Source: an uncultured Chthonomonadaceae bacterium
Lineage (GTDB): Bacteria > Armatimonadota > Chthonomonadetes > Chthonomonadales > Chthonomonadaceae
Direction: 5' to 3'
NCBI GenBank assembly: GCA_963835065.1
Contig: CAWIEK010000048.1
Span: 64,001 to 128,000 of the forward strand
DNA length: 64,000 nucleotides
Notes under the pieces: model-generated
Databases searched by the model: none
What the model was told of the DNA's origin: nothing
What the model saw: only the letters and a program-made list of their open reading frames with translations
Part shown: in pieces, positions 39,431 through 49,790 of the stretch
Layout of the letters: each line of letters begins with the position of its first letter
Position numbering within the stretch: the stretch's first letter is position 1
Translations under genes and position numbers: made by a program

Positions 39431-41661
39431 CTATGGCTTGCGCAGGGTTACGCCGGGCGCGACGATCCACTTGTATACGGCGCTGGTATTAAGGGGATGG
39501 ATGCTGTACGCGACATTGGGCGCGAGTTTGTTGCGGTCGGCGTCTGCAATGTGCGCCGTATACACCTGAAAATGGGTTCCGTAGTTGTTGATGCTGCCGC
39601 CGTCGAGCGTGAAGCGAACATCGGGATGGCCTGCGGCTTTCAGAACAAAATCATGGCTGGCATGTTTGTAGTAGCGCGTCATCTGGTTGCGGTTGTGCCC
39701 CTCAACCCATTCTTTAATCCCAATCAGAAAATCAACACTGCCGGGCATTTGATTGGCCGGGGGAATGTCGGACGGGTTTGTTGCCGCGCCCTTCCAGTAG
39801 ACGCCGTTGATGGTTACGGTTCGCAGTTCGGGAACGGGAACGTCGGGGTTGGCGATTTTGCTGTAGGCGCCGAAGTGATCGGAAACCGACAGTAGCGTAT
39901 AGGGATTTACCGACGTGAGTTTGGGCTGGTCCGCCGGGTAATTGGCGTAACGCCTGCCCCACGTTTCGGCAAGCGGAAGTTCGCTGATGTCCTTCACGGT
40001 GTAAATGTGCGTCAGCAGCCCGAAGTAATCCTCATCCAGAGTGTTTTGCCCCAGATTGTTATAGTTCAAGCGCGCCCAATGGTGGCCCACGTACACTTCA
40101 TTGAACAGGTGGTTGGCAAATCCGTCGTTTTCCACGCCCATGCCAGCGCCGCCCGGACGCCGTGATGGTGAATGGCCGTCAGGAACTTGTTCACCTGTGT
40201 GGAAACGTTGCCGTCAACCGGGGGAATACACACCACAATGCGCGTCGGAATGCCCAAAGCCCGGAAATTAGTCGTCAGGTACGTGGACGCGGACGTGCAG
40301 GAGCCGTGCGTTTTATTGTAAAACATGCCCTTGCCCAGCACTTCCCGCGCGAACATCTCCTCATCGGTCATGTTTTTGTCGGGTTTTTGCGCATCGAACG
40401 CGCTGCGCAGGCCGGGCGCGACGGTCGGAACGCCGTTGGGGTAGGTGACATACCAGACGCCAAACGCGGGATTGTACCGGGCGCGGCGCATCGCCCAATT
40501 CGAGACTTTCGTGACAAGTTGTTTGTCCGTGAGCGTATCGGGATCAATGCCGTCCTGCCGCAGTTGATCTAGCAAATCCGTTCGCATTTGCGCGTCCCAA
40601 TTGGCGGTAGGCGTGGGCGTCAGGTACTCGGCTGTGCCCGCGTCGTAATGTTTCCAATCGGCGTTTTCGCCAATCGCGTCCCTGTTGGTGTTGAGCGGAT
40701 AGTACGTCACTTCCAGCGTGTAAGAATCCTTGTCTTCGGCAAGAACGCGAACGTCCTGATAATCGTCGTTCATATCCGCAGGACGGCAGGGTTTCAGAAT
40801 TTTAAGCGTGGATGTAATCGTATAGGTAAACTCCCGCTTCTGAGCGCCCTGCCCGTCCGCAATCCCCTTCCCCGCCGTGTCCCTCTTGTTCGGATTGGTG
40901 ACGGCTCCCCAGGCGTAAACGCCGGGGCTTCATGTTCTCAGGTCTGCAAGGGCATTTACCACAGCCCTCTCGCTGAGGGCAGCGTCCCTGCCCTTCTTCT
41001 CACAAAGGGCCATCTTGCCCTTCTTCTATATATTCCGCGCGGCATTGCTGTCCCTGTGCAGCACAAGGCCACAGTAAGGACAACTGTGAATACGGCAAGA
41101 CAAGGCTTTGGGCACGTACTCGCCACACGCGGAACAGTTCTGACTGGTATACTGCGGCTGCACTTCTATAACCCGTCTGACGGCTCTTGCAGCCTGTGAT
41201 TTCAAGACGGAAAAGAACAGCCCCCAACCGGCATCCATAATGGCTCGTGCAAGGTGATGGTTCTTCAACATGCCCGTGATGTTGAGCTTCTCAATGTACA
41301 CGACATCGAAACGGGCAATCAGGTCAAGGACACAAGGCAGGACAACACTCGGCCTGAAAGCCGAAGTCTGAACAGGAAGTCCATTCCTCCCAATTGCTAA
41401 AGCAAGGGGCTTTCTGGACTTGCATTTGGTAAAATACTTGTGGATTTCCTGAAAATCGCTCAGGCCGTCGCCATCCGTATCCACTTCCGCGACCGGCACA
41501 GGCGCTGCCTGTTGTTTCGCGCTACGTGACGGAGCAGAGCGCGGGAACACATAGGCGGATACAGACGTGAAAACGCCTGCTCCGAACAGAAGCGTCAGGC
41601 CGACAAGTCCTCCATAAGTTCTGCGGCAAGTGGTTAAAAGTGAGTGTTTGCAAACGCGCAT
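39431..41661 (-). pseudogene. Secreted transglutaminase-like protein interrupted by an IS605-family element
   Basis: N-terminus MRVCKH...DTDGDGLSDFQEIHKYFT resumes as NPNKRDT after the insert. HGSCTS, RALGIPTR, NHLFNEVY present. Additional frameshift near 40140. Confidence 0.8.
40898..41428 (-). mobile_element. tnpB: Non-autonomous IS200/IS605-family element with truncated tnpB
   Basis: TnpB C-terminus (IEKLNI...TSQNCSACG...CPYCG...RDSNAARNI). Subterminal hairpins; right end ...CGTCAC; inserted 3' of TTAC with no target duplication. Confidence 0.9.
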
Positions 41662-41883
41662 GGCCTCTCCAAAATGAAAAGTTTCTCGTTCATAGATTGA
41701 ATATGAGTTTACCACAAGTCTGTATCTGCGGCCTAAAGGAACGGAATGCGGTAATTGTATCAGCCGCAACAAATATGAACGGGAGGCGTATACTGATTTG
41801 TGGCAGCCGCCAAAAGAGCGTTTTACGGGCCGGCTGTTGTTTGCGGAGGAAGTTGTTTGTGGATGGAAAGGAAACGTTTCCCG

Positions 41884-42831
41884 ATGAACCGACGAATTTT
41901 TATGCGGTCCCTGATTGGCGCGGGGCTGCTGACCCTTACGGCTGCGAGCCTGAGCGCGCGGCAGGAACCTAATGCCAGTAAGCCGACGCCCAACGATACC
42001 CCAAGCGCGATGGTGCGGATCATTCACGCTTCCCCCGACGCGCCCGCTGTAGACATTGTGCTGGACGGCAACAAGGCGCTGGAAGCCGTGCCGTTTAAGA
42101 AAGTCTCCGAGTATCTGCCCGTGACGGCAGGCAAGCACATTCTGCGCGTTGTGGCGACGGGCAGCGATAACGCCGTCATAGACACGACCATCAATCTCAA
42201 AGCGGGCGTGAATTACACCGCGCTTGCTGTTGGCAGGGCGTCCGACAAGAGCATCAAGCCCCTGATATTGGAAGACGTGACCCCGACCACGCCCAAAGGC
42301 AAGGCGCGCGTCCGCGTAATTTACGCCATTCCCGACGGCCCGCCCATTGATCTCGTGATTCCGGGTGACGCGACGAAAAAAGGCTCGCCCAAATACATCG
42401 CCAAAAACCTGAAAACAGGAACGGCGACCGCCTATCTCACCGCGCCTTCCGGTTCCTACGACGTGGAAGTGCGGCCTGCGGGCATGAGCAATGTGGTCAA
42501 AAAAATAAGCGTTACAACGGCTCCCGGCACGGCGTATTCCGTTGTCGCCTTCGGACTCGTCAGCGACTCGGCCAACATCGAAGTGCAGCCCCTTGCCGAC
42601 AAAACCCTGTCCGCCAAAAAGGTAAGCAAAAACAATGACCGCCTCAAGTTTGAACCCAAAGGCCGTCCCATTCAATTCAACGCCCGTGCCGCCAAAACTC
42701 TGACCGCGAATTTGGGCAGGCGCAGGCGAATATGGGGAGGAAACAAAGGGTCTGTAACAGAACAAGTTCCCAATTGTAGGGGCACAACATGTTGTGCCCG
42801 CCGGCCTCGTGTGCCCGCCGGGATGTTATGA
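41884..42831 (+). CDS. DUF4397-domain secreted protein
   Basis: Signal peptide; VRIIHASPDAPAVD and a second copy VRVIYAIPDGPPID. Confidence 0.88.
   Translation: MNRRIFMRSLIGAGLLTLTAASLSARQEPNASKPTPNDTPSAMVRIIHASPDAPAVDIVLDGNKALEAVPFKKVSEYLPVTAGKHILRVVATGSDNAVIDTTINLKAGVNYTALAVGRASDKSIKPLILEDVTPTTPKGKARVRVIYAIPDGPPIDLVIPGDATKKGSPKYIAKNLKTGTATAYLTAPSGSYDVEVRPAGMSNVVKKISVTTAPGTAYSVVAFGLVSDSANIEVQPLADKTLSAKKVSKNNDRLKFEPKGRPIQFNARAAKTLTANLGRRRRIWGGNKGSVTEQVPNCRGTTCCARRPRVPAGML
42776..42800 (+). repeat. GTAG-type REP-like hairpin
   Basis: gtag followed by gggcacaacatgttgtgccc, a perfect palindrome. Confidence 0.6.
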
Positions 42832-42858
42832 ATTTACAGACCCAAAAGGAAGTGGAAT

Positions 42859-43941
42859 ATGTTCGGCGGTGCGGGAAAAGCAACGGAATCGGAAAAACGC
42901 CTGCAGCGTTTAGAAGAACTGCGGCGCGACCTGTATGGCGAGAAGGACGCGCTGACCGAGTACGCCCTGAACACGTTGCTCTCGATGCTGTGGATGGAAG
43001 CCGGAGCGGAGCGCTTGGCCGTCGCCTGCGCCCTGAGCGATGCGCCGCCCCTGCTTGGCAAAGCGGAAGCGCCTTGCTTCGCCGCCCGGCTGTGCTATCG
43101 CGTACAGACGACGGGGGGCGATCCGCTGGCCGCGCCCCCATCAACGCCCCTGCTTTTGCCCAAAGGCGCGAAACTGCGCGAATGGGCGGAACAAGCCATC
43201 GCCGCCATTTTCACCGACGCGCTCAACACCATCAAACTCAGTCTGCGACAGGCATACCAACCCCGCGAGGACGCGCTGCAGCGCGAAACAGATACGTGCC
43301 AATCCACGCTGCGCCTGGCCTGCCGCTTGAAATCGCCCGCGCTTGTCGAGCCGACCCTGCGCCTGCTGCGCCTGTTTACGCCCGACAGGACCCGCGAACC
43401 CGGCGCGTTGGCGCGGCAAACGCCCGAATTGCGCTCCCTCGCCGCCCTGTATCTCGCCGCGCTTTCCCCGGATGATTTATTGCCGCTGTGGACGGCGCTG
43501 AATGTGGCCGATGCCGCGCCACGCCGCGATTTGATGCCCATTCTCGATTATTTCAACGATGCCCGCGCCGTTCCCTACCTGATTAAAATGCTGGAAAAGT
43601 ACGCGCAATGGCCGGATGCTGATATGGTAGGCTGGACGACCGTGCGCGCCTTACAGCGTTTGCGGGATCGCCGCGCCCTGCCGGTTCTGCGCCGGCTGGT
43701 TGCCGCTTTGGAGCGTACCGCCGTGTCGTCCTCCACCCGCGCCCAATCCGGCTCCAACCCGGCGCTGGCGCAGGCCGCCCGCCGCGCCATCGAAGCCATC
43801 GCGCATCAGCGCCCGCCCGCCGAGCGCTCGTTCCTGCTGCGCCCCTCCTCCCATCCCGATGCCGCACACTTGCTGCGCCCCGCGCAAACCACGACGGACA
43901 CGGACGCGACGGAACTGCTGCGCCCGGAAACACAGGAATAA
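42859..43941 (+). CDS. HEAT-repeat-like hypothetical protein
   Basis: DARAVPYLIKML, ALQRLRDRRALPVLRRL; C-terminal LLRP repeated three times. Confidence 0.7.
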   Translation: MFGGAGKATESEKRLQRLEELRRDLYGEKDALTEYALNTLLSMLWMEAGAERLAVACALSDAPPLLGKAEAPCFAARLCYRVQTTGGDPLAAPPSTPLLLPKGAKLREWAEQAIAAIFTDALNTIKLSLRQAYQPREDALQRETDTCQSTLRLACRLKSPALVEPTLRLLRLFTPDRTREPGALARQTPELRSLAALYLAALSPDDLLPLWTALNVADAAPRRDLMPILDYFNDARAVPYLIKMLEKYAQWPDADMVGWTTVRALQRLRDRRALPVLRRLVAALERTAVSSSTRAQSGSNPALAQAARRAIEAIAHQRPPAERSFLLRPSSHPDAAHLLRPAQTTTDTDATELLRPETQE

Positions 43942-44042
43942 ACCACGGGGAACACGGGGAACACGGGGGAGGAGAGGGAATAGAACCACTTCATCCGTAG
44001 TTCTATCTCTCCCCTTTTTCCTCCCCCGTGTTCCCCGTGGTT
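43941..44042. repeat. Palindrome of CACGGGGAA nonamers between convergent genes (possible bidirectional terminator)
   Basis: aaccacggggaacacggggaacacgggggagg pairs with cctcccccgtgttccccgtggtt. Confidence 0.85.
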
Positions 44043-44056
44043 CATACTCCTCGCTG

Positions 44057-45440
44057 TTAGGCCGCTTTGAGCAATGGCAGGGCGTCGCGTTCGCTTTTGG
44101 ATTCCGCGCAGGCCAGTCGGGAAAGCGTTTCCGGCTGGCGGGAATCGAGTGGGAAAACGGCGCTGCCGATGCCAAAGGTCAGGCGTTGCCGCGTCAGGTT
44201 CCAGCCTTTTTCCCGGAGCCAGGCTGCCATATTTTGCTCCATGCGCCGCGTCACCACGTCTACGGATTCCCCGGTAAACGGCAGTATCAGGGCGAACGTC
44301 TGCTCGTCGTAGCGCGTGAGAATGTCCACGCGGCGGACGCTGCGGCGCAGAATGTCGGATGTGCCGGTCAGCGCCTCGTCCCGCTTCAAGGTTCCCAATT
44401 GGCGCGACAGGGTTTCCAATCCGTCCAGGCGAACAAAGATAACCGACAATTCCGTACCCGTCCGGCTGGCGCGGCTCACTTCTTCCTGCAGGCGGTTGTC
44501 GTAGTAACGGCGGTTGTACAGGCGCGTCAGGTCGTCTACAATGGGCATCTGGTCCAGCTGCGCCTGCTGCATTTCCAGTCGCTGCCGCATGTGCGTTAAT
44601 TGCAGTTGCGAGGTTCGCAGTTCGTCCGCATGAAGGATGTTTTTTAGTTTTTTGGTCGCGTTGCGCAGGATGTGCGACACGTAATTGCACGAGATGCCCA
44701 TTTGCCGCGCGATTTCGGTCTGGTTCAGGTCCTTGAAATAAAAGGCATGAAGAACGTGCTGCTCCAAGCTCCTTTAATTTCAGCATCGCCGTTTCCAGCA
44801 CGATGCGGTCTTCAACCGGCAATTGGAAACTGGAAGACGGATCGACGCGCTGCTTGCGATCCATGTCTACTGTGCCGCCGTTGTCTTCCTCACTCTCCGA
44901 GCCGCCGTCAATGCTGGAAACTTTGAACACCTCGCGGGTCATCATCATTTCCGTGACCGCTTCTTCTGTCATGTCCATCATGCGCGCGATTTCCAGATGG
45001 GTAGGCGGGCGGCTTAGTTGCTGTCCGAGCGCGTCAATAGTGCGCGTCATGCGCTGGTTCAGTTCCTGCAGCCAGGCAGGCTCCTTGATGATTTTGCCCC
45101 GGTCACGCAAACAATGCTTGATCTGGCCGATGATAAAGTGCGTGGCGTAAGTGGAAAATTTAACTTGTTTGGCCGGATCGTATAAGTCAATGGCGGTCAG
45201 CAGGCCGATATACCCTTCCTGCGCCAGGTCCTCCACCGGCTCGGAAGCGGCGGCAAAGCGCCGGGCGATGCTTTCAACCAGATTGGCGTATTGCGCGACA
45301 AGTTGTTCCCGCGCTTTTTCGTCGCGGCTCTGACGATAACGTTGAAGCAGGATTGCCGTATTCTCCTCTTGACGCTTGCGCGCTACGGCAGCCTCGGTTG
45401 TCGTCATGTCCCGCGTCTGAGTTCTATTTCCTATCGGCAT
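44057..45440 (-). CDS. SigB/SigF-type sigma70 factor fused to a degenerate GGDEF domain (one +1 indel near 44767)
   Basis: Region 2 EDLAQEGYIGLLTAIDLYDP...FSTYATHFIIGQIKHCLRD; region 3 LSRPPTHLEIA; region 4 LNQTEIARQMGISCNYVSHIL, in the same frame as DDLTRLYNRRY...RRVDILTRYDEQTFALILP. Confidence 0.9.
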
Positions 45441-45944
45441 TGCTCCCCGGTGGACGCGCGCCTTCGTTCCCATCGTACGCGACGCAGTCCTGACGTTTCC
45501 GTCCTATCCTTAGGTGTCTTCGCCGTTTCCTCCGTGCTTGCGAAGACGAAAGGATTATTGCCAGAAGCATGGGAACGGCTAGAGACCTGCCGACATATTC
45601 GCGCAAAAAACAGAGCCGCAAGTTGAGGAGTATTTTGCCCCAACACTCAATTTTTCCTGTAAAATGAGGGAACGTCCGATCAAGTAAGGCGGGCTGATTA
45701 AGCTATTCAAAGGTTTTGCCCCGTATTGCCTACATGAACCTACGCCTACTGCCTGATTTATGCTGGTAAAATGAGTTGGCCATACGCGCAAATGCAAGTA
45801 TCAATTTGTTTTTGTTTGGTGTACTGATGCAGCGGCGCAATTTCCGCCAGGTTTGTTTAGCAGGGTTCTCCCCGGCGTTAGAGGTTTCTCCAAACCCGCG
45901 CCGCGCCCTGCGCGCCGTTTGTGCAGAAAGGAGTTCGTAACAAC

Positions 45945-46700
45945 GTGAATTTGCTTTTCACGCAGGTAGTTTCCGGCCTGGGCTGGATACTGTACGGCAG
46001 TTTCTTTGAGTGGTACTGGCATAAATACTTTATGCACCAGCCGCGCTTCCCCATGCAAGCCTTCAAGGGGCATACCATCGTCCATCACGGGCTGTACAAG
46101 GGCGAAGAGGAATACTTTTGCCGCGAAGACCGTCACCCGGAACACATCCTGCTCAAGCCCTACGCCCTCCCCGGCCTGATCGCCACGCACATTCCCCTGA
46201 TGCTGCTCATCGAGCATTTTGTGCCCCACACGTTCATCGGCGCGTTTGTGGCGACCCTGGGTTACTTTGTCGTTTATGAGTACCTGCACTGGAACATGCA
46301 CGTGCCGCGCAACCATTTCGTGGAGCGCTTCGGCTGGTTCCAGTTCCTGCGCAACCACCACAAACTGCACCACACGCATTACCAGAAGAATTTTTGCGTA
46401 CTGTTCCCGCTGGCCGATTATGTGATGGGCACGATGGTCACGGAAGCGAGTTTGGCCCGCGCCAAAGCCGAGCGCGAAGCCGCCATTGCCAGCGGCAGCG
46501 TCCGAACGGAGCGCAAAACGCGCAAGGGCCGCCGCGTTCGCGCGATGCCCGGACTGCGGCAGGCGCAGGAATCCAAACTGGCGCGCGAGTTCTTCAAATT
46601 CAAAACGCGGCGTGTCCGCGCAGGCCGCACCCGTCGGCGCGTCGGTGATCTCAACGATTTGCGCGAAATGCTGCACATTGGCAAGAAGCCCCGCCGCTAA
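45945..46700 (+). CDS. Fatty acid hydroxylase/sterol desaturase family membrane protein
   Basis: His boxes HKYFMH, HTIVHH, HWNMH, HHKLHH. Confidence 0.88.
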   Translation: MNLLFTQVVSGLGWILYGSFFEWYWHKYFMHQPRFPMQAFKGHTIVHHGLYKGEEEYFCREDRHPEHILLKPYALPGLIATHIPLMLLIEHFVPHTFIGAFVATLGYFVVYEYLHWNMHVPRNHFVERFGWFQFLRNHHKLHHTHYQKNFCVLFPLADYVMGTMVTEASLARAKAEREAAIASGSVRTERKTRKGRRVRAMPGLRQAQESKLAREFFKFKTRRVRAGRTRRRVGDLNDLREMLHIGKKPRR

Positions 46701-46704
46701 AAAG

Positions 46705-48324
46705 TTGATAGTTGAAAGTTCGTCAACTCCTGATACCACGCCACGCATTTATGCTGTTCTCGCGGTTGGCATTGCCGCGCTTGCGGTGGCAGTACGGGCG
46801 TGGATGGCGTGGACGACCCATTCTACAGCCGAAGATTTTCTGATTACGCTGCGCTATGCGGAAAACATCGCGCGTGGGCAGGGCTTCGCGTACAATCCGG
46901 GCGAGCGCGTATTGGGCACGACCACGCCCCTTTACACTCTGTTTCTCGCCCTGTGCGCGTGGCTGCGCCTGGACGCCGCAAGTTGCGGTAAAGCCGCCAA
47001 CATCCTTGCGGACGGCCTTACCTGCTGGCTGCTGATACGCCTGCCCGCCCGCCCGCCGATCCACTTGCCCGTTGCCGGTTTGTTCGCGGGCTTGCTGTAC
47101 GCGCTCGGCAGTACGCCCATCAACATCAGCATCGGCGGCATGGAAACGGGTTTGGTGACGTGCGCGGGACTGGCTGCCGTCACCGCGTTTCTGAACGGCA
47201 ATACCCGCGCCTTGTGTGTGCTGGGAGCCGTGTTGTTTTTGCTGCGGGTGGACACGCTACTGCTGTTCGCCTTCCTGCTTACCGCGCAGTGCCTTGCTTC
47301 GCGCCGCATCCCCTGGCGCAATTTGAGACTCGCGCTGCTGTTGGTTCTCCCCTGGCTTGTGTTTGCTCTTGCGTATTTCGGCTCCCTCGTTCCTACATCC
47401 CTGCTTGCCAAAGTGATTGTGTACGCGCATCCGCAAATGTCAAGCCGCGAAGCCGTTGTCGGCCCCTTCCGGCAGCAGTTCCTTTCCGGCGTCTTGCAAT
47501 TCGGGTTGACGCTGCTGGCTGTTCTTGGCGCGTTTCGCGTTGCCCGGCATGGGGAATGGCGGCTGCTCGCGCCCCTGCTCTGGATGCTGCTGTACTACGG
47601 TATCATGCTGGCCTCCCGCGTCCCTGCCTTCGCCTGGTACTTTCTCCCGCCCTGGCCGCTGTTTCTGCTGCTGGCGATGCTTGGTGTGGGAAGAAAAGGA
47701 GAAGAGGGAACAGGGAACAGGGAACAGGGAACAGAAGAAAATGCTGAATGCGGAATGATGAGTGATGAATTGGATTCTGCCTCATCGCTCATCACTTATC
47801 GCTCATCATTTCCCACCCTATCAACTATCAACTATCAACTGCCAACTATCGTCTCCTTTTTCCTTTTTCCTTTTTCCTTTTTCCTTCTGCTGCTATTCGG
47901 TATCCGACATCTTCCGAATGTGCGAACGGATATACAACGCGCGCAGGCATTGGAAGATACGGTTCGGCGTCCGTTGGGGCTTTGGCTGCGCGGGCAGGTG
48001 AAGCCGGAGGAGCGCGTCCTGCTGGAACCTATTGGCACAATTGGATATTACTCTCGTGCCCGGATGCTGGATATGATCGGGCTGACGTCGCCCGAAGTGT
48101 TTGCCAGTTACCGAATGCCATTTCCACTTACGGACATCACGCGCCGCCTGCGTCCCGAATGGCTGTGCCTGCGCCCCAACGAAATCGCGCGCCTGATGGA
48201 AGGCGATTCGTCCCTGTTGCGCGACAAATATCAACAGATACGCGATTTTCGCGCCCCAGATGGCCGCATCGTCTTTGTTTTGTACCACCGCAGGCAGGAA
48301 TTTACGCCGCCCGTCGCGCAATGA
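46705..48324 (+). CDS. GT-C fold membrane glycosyltransferase-like protein (start uncertain)
   Basis: EDFLITLRYAENIARGQGFAYNPGERVLGTTTPLYTL, GMET, DMIGLTSP; many TM helices. Confidence 0.8.
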   Translation: MIVESSSTPDTTPRIYAVLAVGIAALAVAVRAWMAWTTHSTAEDFLITLRYAENIARGQGFAYNPGERVLGTTTPLYTLFLALCAWLRLDAASCGKAANILADGLTCWLLIRLPARPPIHLPVAGLFAGLLYALGSTPINISIGGMETGLVTCAGLAAVTAFLNGNTRALCVLGAVLFLLRVDTLLLFAFLLTAQCLASRRIPWRNLRLALLLVLPWLVFALAYFGSLVPTSLLAKVIVYAHPQMSSREAVVGPFRQQFLSGVLQFGLTLLAVLGAFRVARHGEWRLLAPLLWMLLYYGIMLASRVPAFAWYFLPPWPLFLLLAMLGVGRKGEEGTGNREQGTEENAECGMMSDELDSASSLITYRSSFPTLSTINYQLPTIVSFFLFPFSFFLLLLFGIRHLPNVRTDIQRAQALEDTVRRPLGLWLRGQVKPEERVLLEPIGTIGYYSRARMLDMIGLTSPEVFASYRMPFPLTDITRRLRPEWLCLRPNEIARLMEGDSSLLRDKYQQIRDFRAPDGRIVFVLYHRRQEFTPPVAQ

Positions 48325-48336
48325 ACGAACATAGTC

Positions 48337-48456
48337 GGTGTTCAGGTGTTCGGGTGTTCGGGAATACAAAAGTACCGAAGTTTACTGTAGTGCGGCAAGA
48401 TCATTGCCCGAACACCTGAACACCTGAACACCTGAATACCCGAACACCTGAATACC
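48337..48456. repeat. Palindrome of GGTGTTCA/TGAACACC octamers
   Basis: ggtgttcaggtgttcgggtgttcggg pairs with cccgaacacctgaacacctgaacacc. The same unit recurs near 61316-61340. Confidence 0.85.
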
Positions 48457-48466
48457 GGAGAGATTT

Positions 48467-49543
48467 ATGAGCGAACTGAACTTTGATTTGTTGAAGCGAT
48501 TGTGCGAAACGCCGGGCATCAGCAGCCGCGAGGAGAAGATGCGCAAACTGGTGGCCGAGGAACTCAGGCCCTTGTCCGACAGCCTGGAAGCCGATGTGAT
48601 GGGCAATGTGATCGCCACCAAAAAGGGCGCTGGAAACGGGCCGCGCGTGATGATTGCCGCGCATACGGATGAAATCGGCTTCGTAGTCAAGTACATTGAT
48701 GAACGGGGCTTTATTCGCCTGACGCCCGTTGGCGGCTGGGACCCGCGCAACATGGTGGCGCAGCGCGTGTTCGTGCATGGTTTTGCCGGCCAGAGCATAC
48801 GCGGCACGCTCATGCCGGCGGGCAAGCCCATTCACCTGCTCACGCCCGAAGAAGCCAAGCAGGGGCCGAAGATCGAAGAATTCTTTGTGGATTTGGGGCT
48901 GCCCGGCGACAAGGTGAAAGAACTGGTCGAATTGGGCGACATGGTGACAATGGATCGGACGTGTGAGCGCATTGGCGATACGGTTGTCAGCAAAACGCTG
49001 GATGATCGCCTGAGCGTGTTCGTGATGATCGAAGCCCTGCGTAAATTGCAGGGAACAACCATACCGTCTACTATTCTCGCGGTTGCCACGACGCAGGAAG
49101 AAGTGGGGTTGCGCGGCGCGATCACGTCCGCGTATGCGCTGCAGCCGGACATCGGCATTGCGCTGGATGTGACGCTTGCCGTTGATTTTGCGGGCACGTC
49201 GGAAAGCGAGCGCGTCACGGCGTTGGGCGGCGGCGCGGCCATCAAGATCATGGACAGTTCGCTCCTCTGCCATCCGAAACTGGTGCGCCATTTCCGCGAT
49301 GTGGCGCAGGCAAAGAACATCAAGTACCAGTTGGAAATACTGCCGCGCGGCGGCACGGACGCGGGCGGTATTCAGCGCAGCCGGGGCGGCGTTCCCTCCT
49401 TCACCCTGTCCATTCCCACCCGCTACATCCATACCGTCAACGAAATGGCGCACGTCGAGGACATTCAGGCCGCGATTGACCTGCTGGCCGCGTATCTGGA
49501 AGAAGCCCACACGCGGCAGTACGGCTACGCGGATGAAGTGTAG
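48467..49543 (+). CDS. M42 family metallo-aminopeptidase
   Basis: AAHTDEIG, LDDR, QEEVGLRGA, GGTDAG, PTRYIHT. Confidence 0.95.
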   Translation: MSELNFDLLKRLCETPGISSREEKMRKLVAEELRPLSDSLEADVMGNVIATKKGAGNGPRVMIAAHTDEIGFVVKYIDERGFIRLTPVGGWDPRNMVAQRVFVHGFAGQSIRGTLMPAGKPIHLLTPEEAKQGPKIEEFFVDLGLPGDKVKELVELGDMVTMDRTCERIGDTVVSKTLDDRLSVFVMIEALRKLQGTTIPSTILAVATTQEEVGLRGAITSAYALQPDIGIALDVTLAVDFAGTSESERVTALGGGAAIKIMDSSLLCHPKLVRHFRDVAQAKNIKYQLEILPRGGTDAGGIQRSRGGVPSFTLSIPTRYIHTVNEMAHVEDIQAAIDLLAAYLEEAHTRQYGYADEV

Positions 49544-49790
49544 TGAGTAGTTGATAGTTGATAGTTGATAGTGCTGGTGGTTGGTGGTTGGCGATGGGCA
49601 AAAGCAGTGTGTCAAATCCGTCAAAGCAGCGAGGCAAACTCTGTCGTGGTATGATATATCTGTAACGATGCAGTTTGCAAAGTAACTTTTCCAAGTTTAT
49701 CAAGTTGCTGATGGAGGATCAGGCGCGGTGACATTGACGGGAAGACAACGCGGAATACGAGGCGAAAACAGGCAGACGGGGCGACAGCGA

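Noticed and set aside
40898..41428. IStron (self-splicing) interpretation of the insert
   Set aside because: Only about 100 bp lie between the left end and the tnpB remnant, too little for a group I intron core.
41026..42765. 579 aa ORF as one giant TnpB fusion
   Set aside because: Most of it is antisense to the DUF4397 gene. The real parts are the host N-terminus from 41661 and the IS-derived fragment.
45450..45900. c-di-GMP riboswitch upstream of the sigma-GGDEF gene
   Set aside because: Only a short ggcaaaac-like match; no recognisable aptamer architecture.
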